64,000 bases of DNA. Origin: Candidatus Latescibacterota bacterium (GTDB taxonomy: Bacteria > Latescibacterota > UBA2968). A model generated the notes under the pieces. It was given only the letters and a program-made list of their open reading frames with translations, ran no database searches and had not been told where the DNA came from. Position numbers and translations under genes: made by a program. Of this stretch, positions 46,939 to 57,325 are shown piece by piece; positions within the stretch are counted from its first letter, which is position 1; each line of letters begins with the position of its first letter. The stretch is from contig CBDDPH010000002.1 of NCBI GenBank assembly GCA_965232265.1, positions 350,216 to 414,215 on the forward strand. Direction: 5' to 3'.

Positions 46939-49791
46939 ATGATCAGGAACTGCTTTATCTTCCTTTGTTGCGCGTGCATTATAACCTCGTGTGCAACAAC
47001 GCAGACAGAAATTGAAACACCTCCGCCACCGGCGCCCCAACCGCCATCACCTACCCTGCCCATCGATCCTGCAGTGCGAACGGGCAAACTGGCAAATGGG
47101 CTTCGCTACGTAATCCGGGAAAACAAACGACCGGAAAACCGCGCCGAATTGCGCCTCGTAGTCAATGCGGGATCCATTCTGGAAGACGAAGACCAGCAGG
47201 GACTGGCGCACTTTGCCGAACACATGGCATTTAATGGCACGGCCAACTTTCCCAAACAGGAAATCATCGACTTCCTCGAAAGCATTGGCATGCGCTTTGG
47301 CGCACACTTAAATGCCTACACGAGTTTTGACGAGACCGTCTATATGCTTCGCGTGCCCACAGACAGCACCGAAGTCGTGGAAAAAGCATTTCGCATCCTG
47401 GGCGACTGGGCGCATCGGGTAAAATTTGACCCCGAAGAAGTCGAAAAAGAAAGAGGTGTGGTCATCGAAGAATGGCGTTCGGGGCGCGGAGCCAACGCGC
47501 GCATGCGCGACAAACAATTGCCAGTCTTGCTCAAAGACTCGCGTTATGCCGAGCGTTTGCCCATCGGCAAAAAAGCATTGCTCGACACATTCAAGCACGA
47601 ATCCCTCACGCGCTTTTACCGCGACTGGTATCGCCCCGACCTCATGGCAGTCATTGCAGTGGGAGACTTTGAAACGGACGCGATTGAAACCCTGATCAAA
47701 AAGACCTTTGACCCAATACCAACAGCAGAGAACCCGCGAGCTCGAACCGCCTATACAGTTCCCGACCACGGTGAAACCCTGTTTGCGATTACAACCGACC
47801 CGGAAAATTCTCAATCTTCCATCGCTATCTATTTCATGCAAGATGTCGCGCCCGAAGGAACAGCAGAAGATTATCGCGGCATGCTCATTCGCAACATGTT
47901 CAACAGCATGCTCAATCAGCGATTTAGAGAAATAACCAAAAAACCCGATCCGCCATTTTTGGGCGCGGGATCCAGCCGTGGCAACCTCGTCAGAACCAAA
48001 GCGGCGTACATCCTGGGCGCAGGCGTCAAAGAAGGGGGAATTGAACGCGGACTGGAAGCCGTCTTAACCGAAGCCATTCGCGTCCAACGCCACGGATTTA
48101 CGCAACCCGAAGTAGATCGCTTAAAAACCAACATGTTGCGCAGCATCGAACAATCTTATCGCGAACGCGACAGACGCCGTTCGCGCGGTTTTGCATCGGA
48201 ATACATCCGTCACATCTTGACAGGCGAACCCATTCCGGGCATTGAAATCGAACGGGATTTATTTCAAAAATTACTCCCCGGCATTCAAGTCGAAGAAATC
48301 AACCGCCTCGTCGGCGAATGGATCACCGACAAGAACCGCGTCATCGTCGTCAGCGCACCCGAAAAAGATGGCCTGATTGTTCCCTCCGAAGCCGACCTGC
48401 TGAACATAATCAACGAAGTCCAGCAAAAAGACGTGGAACCATACCGGGAAGATGTATCCGACGACCCCCTCATTGCCGATATCCCAACGCCTGGAAAGGT
48501 CGTGCGCGAAACCACCATTGATACCTTAGACGTCACCGAGTGGACATTGAGCAATGGGGTAAAAGTCGTCATGAAGCCCACGGACTTCAAAAACGACGAA
48601 ATCCTGTTCACATCCTTCAGCCCAGGCGGGCATTCTCTATCAAGCGATGAAAATTACATGGCGGCATCCACAGCGACATCAGCCATCATGGAAAGCGGTC
48701 TGGGCAAATTCAATCAAATTGAACTCAATAAAAAACTCGCCGGCAAAGTCGTGCGCGTGTCGCCCCGCATCAGCAGCCTCAGCGAAGGCGTATCGGGCAG
48801 CGCGTCTCCCGAAGACATAGAAACCATGTTTCAACTCATCTATCTCATCTTCACGGAACCGCGTGCAGACTCACTGGCATTTCAAGCACTCCTGGACCGC
48901 TATCGAGGCATGTTGCAAAATCGGGACATGAGGCCAACGACTGCTTATTCCGATACAATTCAAGTTACCATGTCTCAATACCACGTCAGATCGCGCCCGC
49001 TATCAAACGAAATACTGGGAGAAATGGACCTGCAAAAATCGCTGGCATTTTACAAAGACCGATTTGCCGACGCCAGTGACTTCACATTCGTATTTGTCGG
49101 CAACTTTGAGCCAAAAAAAATAAAACCGCTAATAGAAACCTATCTGGGAGGCCTACCCGCACTCAACCGCGGAGAAACCTGGCGCGACACGGGTGTCAGA
49201 GCGCCAAAAGGCGTCATTGAAAAAACCGTGAAACGGGGACAGGAACCCAAAAGTCAGACGCGCCTGATCTTCACGGGACCTTTTGATTACAACGATCGAT
49301 TTAAGCGATATGTCTATGGCTCAATGGGTGATGTCTTGCAGATAAAACTTCGGGAAGTACTCCGAGAAGACGAAGGCGGCACGTACGGCGTAGGCGTCCG
49401 CACATCTCGCTCGCGTTGGCCCGAAGGCCGATACAGCATCTCAATCAGCTTTGGATGCGATCCCGAGCGGTTGGAAGAACTGACGCAACTCGTCTTCGCC
49501 CAAATTGACAGCATGAAGCAAAAACCCGTCGATCAATCCTACATCGACAAAGTGACCGAAATGGATCTGCGGGGCAGGGAGACCAACAAAAAAGAAAACG
49601 GATACTGGCGCAATACGCTGAGTACGTATTACCAGAATGAGATCGACCTGATGGCGTGGCTGACGTATGAAGACGAAGTCATCAAAAAACTCACAGCAGA
49701 ACACGTACAAAAAGCAACACAGCAATACTTCAACATGGAAAACTACGCGCGATTTGTCTTGCTTCCAGAAGAAGGGGTGACGGCAAAATGA
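46939..49791 (+). CDS. M16 (insulinase/PqqL-like) zinc protease lipoprotein
   Basis: lipobox ITSC, Pro linker, AHFAEHMAF (HxxEH), NAYTSFDET, LREDEGGTY. Confidence 0.9.
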   Translation: MIRNCFIFLCCACIITSCATTQTEIETPPPPAPQPPSPTLPIDPAVRTGKLANGLRYVIRENKRPENRAELRLVVNAGSILEDEDQQGLAHFAEHMAFNGTANFPKQEIIDFLESIGMRFGAHLNAYTSFDETVYMLRVPTDSTEVVEKAFRILGDWAHRVKFDPEEVEKERGVVIEEWRSGRGANARMRDKQLPVLLKDSRYAERLPIGKKALLDTFKHESLTRFYRDWYRPDLMAVIAVGDFETDAIETLIKKTFDPIPTAENPRARTAYTVPDHGETLFAITTDPENSQSSIAIYFMQDVAPEGTAEDYRGMLIRNMFNSMLNQRFREITKKPDPPFLGAGSSRGNLVRTKAAYILGAGVKEGGIERGLEAVLTEAIRVQRHGFTQPEVDRLKTNMLRSIEQSYRERDRRRSRGFASEYIRHILTGEPIPGIEIERDLFQKLLPGIQVEEINRLVGEWITDKNRVIVVSAPEKDGLIVPSEADLLNIINEVQQKDVEPYREDVSDDPLIADIPTPGKVVRETTIDTLDVTEWTLSNGVKVVMKPTDFKNDEILFTSFSPGGHSLSSDENYMAASTATSAIMESGLGKFNQIELNKKLAGKVVRVSPRISSLSEGVSGSASPEDIETMFQLIYLIFTEPRADSLAFQALLDRYRGMLQNRDMRPTTAYSDTIQVTMSQYHVRSRPLSNEILGEMDLQKSLAFYKDRFADASDFTFVFVGNFEPKKIKPLIETYLGGLPALNRGETWRDTGVRAPKGVIEKTVKRGQEPKSQTRLIFTGPFDYNDRFKRYVYGSMGDVLQIKLREVLREDEGGTYGVGVRTSRSRWPEGRYSISISFGCDPERLEELTQLVFAQIDSMKQKPVDQSYIDKVTEMDLRGRETNKKENGYWRNTLSTYYQNEIDLMAWLTYEDEVIKKLTAEHVQKATQQYFNMENYARFVLLPEEGVTAK

Positions 49792-50495
49792 CCATAGACG
49801 CCGACCTGAACCGCTTAAAAAACGCCACCTATCCCGGTCGTGGTATCGTAATAGGACAAACGCCCGATGGCGCATGTATGGTTCAGATCTACTGGATCAT
49901 GGGCCGCAGTCCCAGCAGCCGCAACCGCGTATTTGTGCGCGAAGGCGATGCGGTAAAAACCGACACCGTGGATAAATCCCATGACATTGATCCGCTGACC
50001 ATGTACTATCCCATCCGCGTACTGGGCAACGCGCATATCGTCACAAATGGCGACCAGACCGACACAATCGCCCACGCCTTGCAAACCGGCGGCTCGTTCG
50101 AATCCGCCCTGAAAACGCGCACTTATGAACCCGACGCCCCCAATTTTACACCGCGCATCTCTGGCCTTACCGACCTGGGCGACCCACACGCCTATCGACT
50201 CTCAATCTTAAAAACCGTTGGCGGCGATGCGCGCTATTGTTCGCGCCAATTCTTCCACTATGAAACCGCGATCCCCGGCACGGGCCACTGTATCACAACA
50301 TACACAGACGACGGCAATCCCCTGCCTTCATTCAAAGGGGAGCCATACCCCGTTGAATTATTCGACGACATACATCAAACCGCCGACATATTCTGGAACC
50401 TGTTGGACGAAGACAATCGCGTCTCGCTACTCGTAAAATTCATCCATCCCGATATTTCTGATCTGGTCATCGTGAACAAATACGGATCAGGATGA
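49788..50495 (+). CDS. IMP cyclohydrolase, PurO-like
   Basis: YPGRGIV, GRSPSSRNR, TNGDQTD, YEPDAPNFTPRISG. Confidence 0.8.
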   Translation: MTIDADLNRLKNATYPGRGIVIGQTPDGACMVQIYWIMGRSPSSRNRVFVREGDAVKTDTVDKSHDIDPLTMYYPIRVLGNAHIVTNGDQTDTIAHALQTGGSFESALKTRTYEPDAPNFTPRISGLTDLGDPHAYRLSILKTVGGDARYCSRQFFHYETAIPGTGHCITTYTDDGNPLPSFKGEPYPVELFDDIHQTADIFWNLLDEDNRVSLLVKFIHPDISDLVIVNKYGSG

Positions 50496-50544
50496 AAGGA
50501 TGAAAGGATTTTCAGGATAAAAACCCGCAGGAAGGAGCACCGCT

Positions 50545-51642
50545 ATGGAACCCATCAAATACGGTATGTTCATCATGCCCTTCCACGCCCCGGACAAACC
50601 GTTGAGTCAGGGATTTGACGAGGACTTGGAACTCGTTGTCAAAGCCGAGGAACTGGGCTTTGATGAATTTTGGATCGGCGAACACCACACCATGAAATAC
50701 GAGACCATTGTCACGCCCGAAATTTTCATCGGACGCGCCCTGGGCGAAACCCAGCGCATCCGCTTGGGACCGGCACCGGTCTGCTTGAATCTGCACCACC
50801 CCGCCTATGTCGCCAGTCGCCTGTCTTTTTTGGATCACCTATCCAAAGGCCGACTCAATCTGTGCTTTGGCCCGGGCAGTGTCACCTCAGATCAGGAATT
50901 GTACGGCCTGGATCCCAAATCGGGCGGCGCAATGACCGGGGAAGCCATTGACGCCATCCTCAACTTGTGGACATCGGATCCCCCCTACGAGCACCGGGGG
51001 AAATACTGGCAATTCCAGCTCAAAGACAATATTGACGAAGAAACCCAGATCGGCTTCATCCACAAGCCCTTTCAACAGCCCCACCCGCCCATTTCTATGC
51101 CGGGAATGAGCCGCAACTCACACAGCATGCAAACCGCTGGCGAGCGCGGCTTCCAGCCCTTTTCCGCCTGCCTGATATCGGGCAACGTGGTGGCCGACAA
51201 CTGGCAGATCTATGAGCAGAGCGCCCTGCAGGCGGGACGACAACCACAGCGAACCGACTGGAAAATCGCCCGCTCAATATTTCTCGCTGACACCACGGCC
51301 GAAGCCGTGAAAAAGGCACGACACAATTCCCTGGCAAAAAATTACGAATACATCGGGCGCCTATTCGACAAGGGCCTGGGGCGCCAGGTGTACAAGCGCG
51401 ACCTGGACATGCCCGACTCCGAGTGCAATCTGGACTATTTGATGACCGAACAGATCATTGCGGGCGACGTCAATGAAGCACTGCGTCGCTTGCTGGACCT
51501 GTTCGAGGAAACCGGACCCTTTGGCACGCTTGTGCTAATGGGCTACGACTGGGACGACAAAGACAGTTGGATTTACAGCATGGAATTATTCGCCCGTGAA
51601 CTAATGCCAGCTTTGAACAAAGCAGTGGGCGCAGTACCTTAG
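50545..51642 (+). CDS. LLM-class flavin-dependent monooxygenase
   Basis: FIMPFH, GFDEFWIGEHH, LDHLSKGR, FARELMP. Confidence 0.9.
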   Translation: MEPIKYGMFIMPFHAPDKPLSQGFDEDLELVVKAEELGFDEFWIGEHHTMKYETIVTPEIFIGRALGETQRIRLGPAPVCLNLHHPAYVASRLSFLDHLSKGRLNLCFGPGSVTSDQELYGLDPKSGGAMTGEAIDAILNLWTSDPPYEHRGKYWQFQLKDNIDEETQIGFIHKPFQQPHPPISMPGMSRNSHSMQTAGERGFQPFSACLISGNVVADNWQIYEQSALQAGRQPQRTDWKIARSIFLADTTAEAVKKARHNSLAKNYEYIGRLFDKGLGRQVYKRDLDMPDSECNLDYLMTEQIIAGDVNEALRRLLDLFEETGPFGTLVLMGYDWDDKDSWIYSMELFARELMPALNKAVGAVP

Positions 51643-51651
51643 GGGTCAAAA

Positions 51652-52359
51652 ATGACACTCAAAGCATTGACATTTGACGTATTCGGCACAGTGGTCGATT
51701 GGCGCAGTTCCGTCATCCGCGACGGCGAGCGATTGGGCGAGCGCAAGGGATTGGACATAGATTGGGCTGCATTTGCCGATGCGTGGCGCGGGGGCTATGG
51801 CCCATCCATGAACCGCGTCCGCACGGGCGAATTGCCCTGGACAAAAATCGACGACCTGCACCGCATGATCCTGGACGAACTCCTGAAAGAATACGGCATC
51901 TCGGGATTATCCGAAGAAGAAATCTCGGACTTCAATCGCGTCTGGCATCGCCTCGACCCCTGGCCCGATGCCGCAGGCGGCTTGTGGCGGTTAAAATCGC
52001 GGTACCTGATCGCCACATTATCCAATGGCAACGTATCGCTACTCGCCAACATGGCGAAATACGGCGGATTGCCCTGGGATTGCATCTTATCCGCCGAATT
52101 GGCCGGGCATTACAAACCCGATGCCGAGACCTATTTGAAAGCCATCGAACTGCTCAGTTGTAAACCCCGGGAAGTCATGATGGTCGCCGCCCATCAAGGC
52201 GACCTGCACCACGCAGCGCGCGTCGGCATGAAAACGGCTTATGTATTCCGCCCCCTCGAACGGGGACTCAACGCCCAAAAAGATCTGCCTCCCGATCTGG
52301 ACTTCGACATCATAGCCCATGATTTTCACGACCTCGCCGATCAACTGGGATGTCATTAA
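51652..52359 (+). CDS. haloacid dehalogenase type II
   Basis: FDVFGTVVDW, LSNGN, YKP, VAAHQGDL. Confidence 0.9.
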   Translation: MTLKALTFDVFGTVVDWRSSVIRDGERLGERKGLDIDWAAFADAWRGGYGPSMNRVRTGELPWTKIDDLHRMILDELLKEYGISGLSEEEISDFNRVWHRLDPWPDAAGGLWRLKSRYLIATLSNGNVSLLANMAKYGGLPWDCILSAELAGHYKPDAETYLKAIELLSCKPREVMMVAAHQGDLHHAARVGMKTAYVFRPLERGLNAQKDLPPDLDFDIIAHDFHDLADQLGCH

Positions 52360-53081
52360 CAAAAATGAAACTCACCGATTTCAAAGCACTGACATTCGAC
52401 TGCTATGGCACCCTTATCGATTGGGAAACCGGGATGATCAACGGGCTGGAGCCGCTTCTATCAAAGGTCGAACGCAAACTGTCGCGCAATGAAATTCTCC
52501 AAGCGCACGCACGACACGAATCAACACAACAAACCTGGACGCCGGGAACGCGCTATTCCGAACTCCTCGCCATCGTATATAAACGCCTCGCCGAAGAATG
52601 GGGCGTCGCGGTCACGCCCGATGAATGCGCCGCTTATGGTCAATCGATAAAACAATGGCCAGCGTTTTCCGATTCTCCCCACGCGCTGCAATATCTCAAA
52701 AAACACTACAAACTCGCAATCCTGTCCAACGTCGATAACCACAGCTTCAAATACAGCAACGACCGCCTCGGTGTTGAATTTGACGCCATATACACGGCTG
52801 AAGACATAGGATCGTACAAACCTGCGGATCGAAACTTCAAATACATGCTGGCACACTTGAAATCACTCGGCATTGAAAAATCGGAAATACTACACACCGC
52901 AGAAAGCTTATTCCACGACCACATACCCGCGAACAAAAACGGCCTCGCCTCCTGCTGGATCTACAGACGCGCCAATGAAGAAGGCTTCGGCGCAACAATA
53001 GACCCGGGCGCAATGCCGAACTACAATTTTCGATTCAACAGCATGGAGGATCTCGTCAAGGCGCACCAGGAGGCTTTTTGA
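52350..53081 (+). CDS. haloacid dehalogenase type II
   Basis: FDCYGTLIDWE, LSNVD, SYKP, HTAESLFHDH; alternative start 52365. Confidence 0.9.
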   Translation: MSLTKMKLTDFKALTFDCYGTLIDWETGMINGLEPLLSKVERKLSRNEILQAHARHESTQQTWTPGTRYSELLAIVYKRLAEEWGVAVTPDECAAYGQSIKQWPAFSDSPHALQYLKKHYKLAILSNVDNHSFKYSNDRLGVEFDAIYTAEDIGSYKPADRNFKYMLAHLKSLGIEKSEILHTAESLFHDHIPANKNGLASCWIYRRANEEGFGATIDPGAMPNYNFRFNSMEDLVKAHQEAF

Positions 53082-53217
53082 TACTGAGTGATCTGAAGCA
53101 AATAAAGATTTAAAAAATGACATAGGCAATGCCTCATCCGCGATCCGCAGCACAACATCACATAAAATTGAGCCAATAAACGGAAAAATCCTTTGGGAAT
53201 TGGTTTACTTGATACAC

Positions 53218-53258
53218 AAAAACGCCCCGGCACAACAATGCTGGGGCGTTTTCTTTTT
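53218..53258. terminator. bidirectional intrinsic terminator
   Basis: aaaaacgccccggca..tgctggggcgtttt. Confidence 0.7.
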
Positions 53259-53295
53259 ATTCTTACACTTAAATTGGAATTTGAGAGGAAAAGAT

Positions 53296-53607
53296 TCACG
53301 TTTTTTGAATCGCGCTCTCTTCTTTAGACACGATGTCAATTTGCACAACTGCATCCAGGGCTGCGGCGACTTTTTTTAAGGTGCTGATGGTACAGTTTCC
53401 CCGGTTTTCCAATCGGCTAATGACCGGTGTACTGGTATCCAATTTCGCTGCCAATTGCGCTTGCGTCAATCCACGTTGCTTGCGCAGTTGGGCAATTTTA
53501 ACTGCAAGCCGCAGTTCATCAAGGCCCTGGTAGAATGATTCCGCGACTTCTCGATCTTTCAACTGTTCTTCGAGAAATATCCGAACATTTGTCTTTTCAC
53601 TGGTCAT
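53296..53607 (-). CDS. XRE-family HTH antitoxin (HigA-like)
   Basis: LRKQRGLTQAQLA..ISRLE..TISTLKKVA. Confidence 0.85.
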   Translation of the reverse strand: MTSEKTNVRIFLEEQLKDREVAESFYQGLDELRLAVKIAQLRKQRGLTQAQLAAKLDTSTPVISRLENRGNCTISTLKKVAAALDAVVQIDIVSKEESAIQKT

Positions 53608-53609
53608 CT

Positions 53610-53957
53610 TTATCCCTCTTTTCTCTCTCGATCAGCGTTCAGGCGTTCCATTGCAATCCGAATTTCTCTTTGCGGAAGTTTCTGGCTTCGCTTTTCAAAT
53701 GCGTGCAACAGGACAAAAATTCGATTCGCATCACCGTAGTACAAAACGCGATATTGATTTTTCCCATAACGCGCTCGCAGTTCTCTCAACCTTCCCTCAA
53801 CCTGACTCGAATAGGGAAAGGGGAGATTGATACCAAACTCTGAAAGAATTTGAATCACCTGCAAGATCTTTCCTCTCGGCTTTGGTTGAAGTGAGAGCAA
53901 AAAGCCTCTGACAGGCTCTTGTCCATTTTCATTTTGGTAAAATTCAACAGGCCACAT
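53610..53957 (-). CDS. RelE/ParE-family toxin (HigB/gp49-like)
   Basis: VEFY..PVRGFL..LRELR..YRVLY..LLHAFEKRSQK; toxin-first gene order. Confidence 0.85.
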   Translation of the reverse strand: MWPVEFYQNENGQEPVRGFLLSLQPKPRGKILQVIQILSEFGINLPFPYSSQVEGRLRELRARYGKNQYRVLYYGDANRIFVLLHAFEKRSQKLPQREIRIAMERLNADRERKEG

Positions 53958-54114
53958 ACCTATTATTCATGGCTAAAATCCTTGCTACTTTCCGCTTGAT
54001 AATGGGCTGTAGCCCACCACTATCCTCACCTCGCGCTTTCCAAATCGCAACGAGATTTTTGAGATATTGTATTCGATCTTCAGGCAATCCTGCCACATCA
54101 AGCGTCGTTTCCAT
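53944..54114 (-). CDS. small hypothetical protein (antitoxin-like remnant?)
   Basis: GGAGAGG RBS before METTLDVAGLPEDRIQYLKNLV; overlaps the toxin start. Confidence 0.35.
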   Translation of the reverse strand: METTLDVAGLPEDRIQYLKNLVAIWKARGEDSGGLQPIIKRKVARILAMNNRYVAC

Positions 54115-54321
54115 TGTCCTCTCCACTGGTACGTATTTCAAACAGTCATAGATTGATATTTCAAAATTACTGTGTTATACTACAAAAGTCAATATCGCAG
54201 AACTCCAGTTGAAGAGGGTCATTCTCAACCTGATTTTTAATTGTTTTCACATAATTCAGTAGCTATTATGAGACGCGGTTGGAAAGGGTCAAGTATTTCA
54301 TTTGTCAGAGAGGAATTAAAA

Positions 54322-55074
54322 ATGCATTTGCGAGAAATCCATTTGGTGACAGGCGATTTAGAAGAGTCGGTCAAATTCTACACCCAGACTCTGGGGCTGA
54401 AGGAAATAGAGCGTTCACCTGACACAGTGGCTTTGCAGGGAAAAGATATAAGTGGTTGTTTGATACTCGGGAAGGGAGAGATAGATGATGGTTTCGACAG
54501 CATACATTTTGAAGTGGACAACTTGTACAGCACCATCCAGAAACTTGAGGCCGAGGGCGTAGATGTCGATCTCGAAGACTCTATTCTAGAAGGGTATCTT
54601 TACGCATCCTTCAATGGCCCCGACAACGTGAAGATAGGATTGCTCGGGCTTGATCAGGCCATATCAGACGAGGAAATAGAAAGTCCAGATGAAAATACGG
54701 AAACACCGAGTATCGGAGAAAAAGTGCGTTTCTGGGAGGAACAGGATCGAATCAACCAGGAGCTAATTCCCCGAGTCATTCGCCAGAACGAACTCCTAAC
54801 CCAGCACATAGCCGAGCACGACAACTTGCAGCAAATATTCAGCGACACCATGCAAAAGGCTCTATCTGAGCAAGCTCAACAGTATGAATCAGCCCTGGAT
54901 ACTGCTCAAAAACAGCTAAACGAAACCCATGAACAAATCACTCAAAAGGCCCTGTCTGAGCAAGTGGAGAATCTACGCCAAGAGGCACGTCAGACCCGAA
55001 ACAGACTTACCGCCATAGCTGCTGGCAGTGCTATCATCGCAATAACCGCGCTAATCGTCGCGGTTCTCTTTTAG
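54322..55074 (+). CDS. VOC/glyoxalase domain + coiled coil + C-terminal TM protein
   Basis: IHLVTGDLEESVKFYTQTLGL..IHFEVDNL..FNGPD; QKALSEQ repeats; terminal AIIAITALIVAVLF; GAGG RBS. Confidence 0.7.
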   Translation: MHLREIHLVTGDLEESVKFYTQTLGLKEIERSPDTVALQGKDISGCLILGKGEIDDGFDSIHFEVDNLYSTIQKLEAEGVDVDLEDSILEGYLYASFNGPDNVKIGLLGLDQAISDEEIESPDENTETPSIGEKVRFWEEQDRINQELIPRVIRQNELLTQHIAEHDNLQQIFSDTMQKALSEQAQQYESALDTAQKQLNETHEQITQKALSEQVENLRQEARQTRNRLTAIAAGSAIIAITALIVAVLF

Positions 55075-55086
55075 GAGGGTGAGACC

Positions 55087-56208
55087 ATGGCCATGCAGTC
55101 TCTAAACCTGTTACCAGAACTACAGAAACTCCCCGATCCGGAATCCGATCAACGCAAATCCTTTCGGGATATAATGACCGACCTGCTGAGTATGGACCGA
55201 GGGCTTTATGCGGCAGAAATAACGGCAGCGACCTCGTTCGCAATGTGGGGCATTTTTGATACCGTCAACGTAGATGGCAAACTGGACCAAGCCTACAAAT
55301 GGGCATATCCCAGAGAATCTGACCAGTATTCACTTTATGAAAAGTGGCAACAGATATCGGAAGACAGCCAGGAATCCATGACCGGATTCATAAATGGTCT
55401 CAAAGGCAAAGTAGCCGAATTCAACTTTAAAGAATCTCTTGAGGCACAAGGATACACCAACGTAAACATACCCGATGATCCTACCCAACCTGTCTGGGAT
55501 ATATCTGCTATCACGCCTGATGGCGAACCCATCCTCTGGCAGGTCAAAACCGGCAACATAGATTACGCCGGTGATGTACAACAAATCATGCAGACCTACC
55601 CGGACATTAGCTACGCAGTGAGTACCGAGATATACGACAAAATCGCTGAGCGTAGCCCGGAACTCATTGACCAAATGACCTATATAGGATACGACTACGA
55701 ACTGGTAGACGGGATAGGGGATGGTCTCGAAACTCTCAGTGCCAATCAGGGCTTTGACCTGCCCGACAGTGTCGGAGAGATAGTCCCTTATGCAGGCGCA
55801 ATTATTATGGGTGCTCGTCTGATATACAATGTCATTAAAACCGAGAAGGAATTCAGCACGGCTGATCGTACTACCAAAAACAAAATGCAAGTCGTGCAAG
55901 CCCTAACTACAATGTCCCGGTTCGGCATCTCAACCGCCCTCTCGACTGCTGGTGGTTTTGGCGGGACTGCCGCAGGCTCATTTGTCCCAGGGATTGGCAA
56001 TCTGGTCGGCGGACTTGTCGGTATGGGAACCGGGGCCGTAATAGGAATGTATCTGAACAAGCACCTCCAACCCCATATGCTGGACTTGGCTCTGAACATC
56101 ACGGGACTCACTCACGATGATCTGTTCTACTACAAGAACAAGCCTCATATTGACAGCCTGGCCCTGTCCTTCCGGCAAAACGCTGGTCTGCTGACCGCTG
56201 CCTCCTGA
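55087..56208 (+). CDS. hypothetical protein with PD-(D/E)XK-like region and glycine zipper
   Basis: LKGKVAE..WD..WQVKTG; GGFGGTAAGSFVPGIGNLVGGLVGMGTGAVIG; AGGAGG RBS, 12-nt gap after the upstream gene. Confidence 0.7.
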   Translation: MAMQSLNLLPELQKLPDPESDQRKSFRDIMTDLLSMDRGLYAAEITAATSFAMWGIFDTVNVDGKLDQAYKWAYPRESDQYSLYEKWQQISEDSQESMTGFINGLKGKVAEFNFKESLEAQGYTNVNIPDDPTQPVWDISAITPDGEPILWQVKTGNIDYAGDVQQIMQTYPDISYAVSTEIYDKIAERSPELIDQMTYIGYDYELVDGIGDGLETLSANQGFDLPDSVGEIVPYAGAIIMGARLIYNVIKTEKEFSTADRTTKNKMQVVQALTTMSRFGISTALSTAGGFGGTAAGSFVPGIGNLVGGLVGMGTGAVIGMYLNKHLQPHMLDLALNITGLTHDDLFYYKNKPHIDSLALSFRQNAGLLTAAS

Positions 56209-56297
56209 TTCTGCCCTATAAGTGGACAGATGCGGATTACTTGGCGTGGTGCTGCGCATAGGGATCAAAACCAAGCCCATATGACCACCAAAACCAC

Positions 56298-56329
56298 TGG
56301 ATTGCGGCTCAGAAGCATGCCGCAATGAC
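56298..56329. repeat. GTCA-type REP-like palindrome
   Basis: tggattgcggc-tcagaagcat-gccgcaatgac. Confidence 0.5.
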
Positions 56330-56401
56330 GGCCTGGTTGATAGAGTTGATTGATTCGTAAGATTGATTTTTTGATTCCGCTTCATGATTCCGGAAAGTGC
56401 G

Positions 56402-57325
56402 TCACACATCATCTAACATACTTTCGAATGCTTCGAGACTGGTGGCTTGAATTGCTGCACGAAGCAACTGCTTGAGGCGTTGTAAATCGTCAATATCGGC
56501 AATGCGGCCAGATAGAGGGTCTGCTTCCTGCAGACCAAAGCGAATCTCCAGCACCTCGAGGATATCTGCGATCGTGCTTTTTTTCTCCCCTTGCTCAATG
56601 CCCTGCTTGAGCCATTGTTCTTTGTTTTCCTCTATCTCTTGCTCAAGCAGGTACTGGGCAAAAGATGATTCCCGAATGAGATCCATCAACCCCTCCTTTG
56701 AAAGAAGATTAGAAATCAGGTCACGATCATGTACCAACCCACCCAAAACCGACAGACCAGCAAGAAAATCGCGCTTGGCTGATTCATCCAGCGGCAGGTC
56801 TCGCGCATGGTCAACACACGCACCAAACCACGCATCAGAACCCATCCCTTCGGGCGGCTTCATCAAGGATGCAAATGGGATCAAGCCCGAATGACCCGCA
56901 TTGAGGACGCGCTGTCCTTCTACCTCTATTAGTCTGATCACCTGATATTGAATCACAATCTGACAGCCATAACGCGACTGGATGTGGTGCCCCGGATCGT
57001 TGTGCCCGGCATCGGGACGCAAGTAAATGACAGCGGAATGGATGGGCAAATCATATTGCTCAATCGCGCGACCAATATAACCCGCCATGCGACGCGGCAT
57101 GGGGGGATCGGTACTGTCGGTGGTTTGAAACTCATAGTGAAGCAATACTTCTTCATCGCCGATTCGCGCATGGATAAAGCTATCTGCCCGGTGTGCGTCA
57201 ATGGTGGGTTGCTCTGTATCGAGGAGCGCGAGAAACTCGACATCGTCCCGTTGGAGCGTGAAGCGTATAAAATCCTGCGGATAGGTCTGGATGAGACGTT
57301 TGGAGATGGTATCGTATTTTCCCAT
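56402..57325 (-). CDS. Rpn/YhgA-like PD-(D/E)XK putative transposase/nuclease
   Basis: YDTISK, RADSFI..LHYEFQT, RMAGY, VIYL, C-terminal QGIEQGE..LEIRFG. Confidence 0.8.
   Translation of the reverse strand: MGKYDTISKRLIQTYPQDFIRFTLQRDDVEFLALLDTEQPTIDAHRADSFIHARIGDEEVLLHYEFQTTDSTDPPMPRRMAGYIGRAIEQYDLPIHSAVIYLRPDAGHNDPGHHIQSRYGCQIVIQYQVIRLIEVEGQRVLNAGHSGLIPFASLMKPPEGMGSDAWFGACVDHARDLPLDESAKRDFLAGLSVLGGLVHDRDLISNLLSKEGLMDLIRESSFAQYLLEQEIEENKEQWLKQGIEQGEKKSTIADILEVLEIRFGLQEADPLSGRIADIDDLQRLKQLLRAAIQATSLEAFESMLDDV

Noticed and set aside
56402-57325. IS element
   Set aside because: Rpn/YhgA-like gene with no terminal inverted repeats or target duplication seen.
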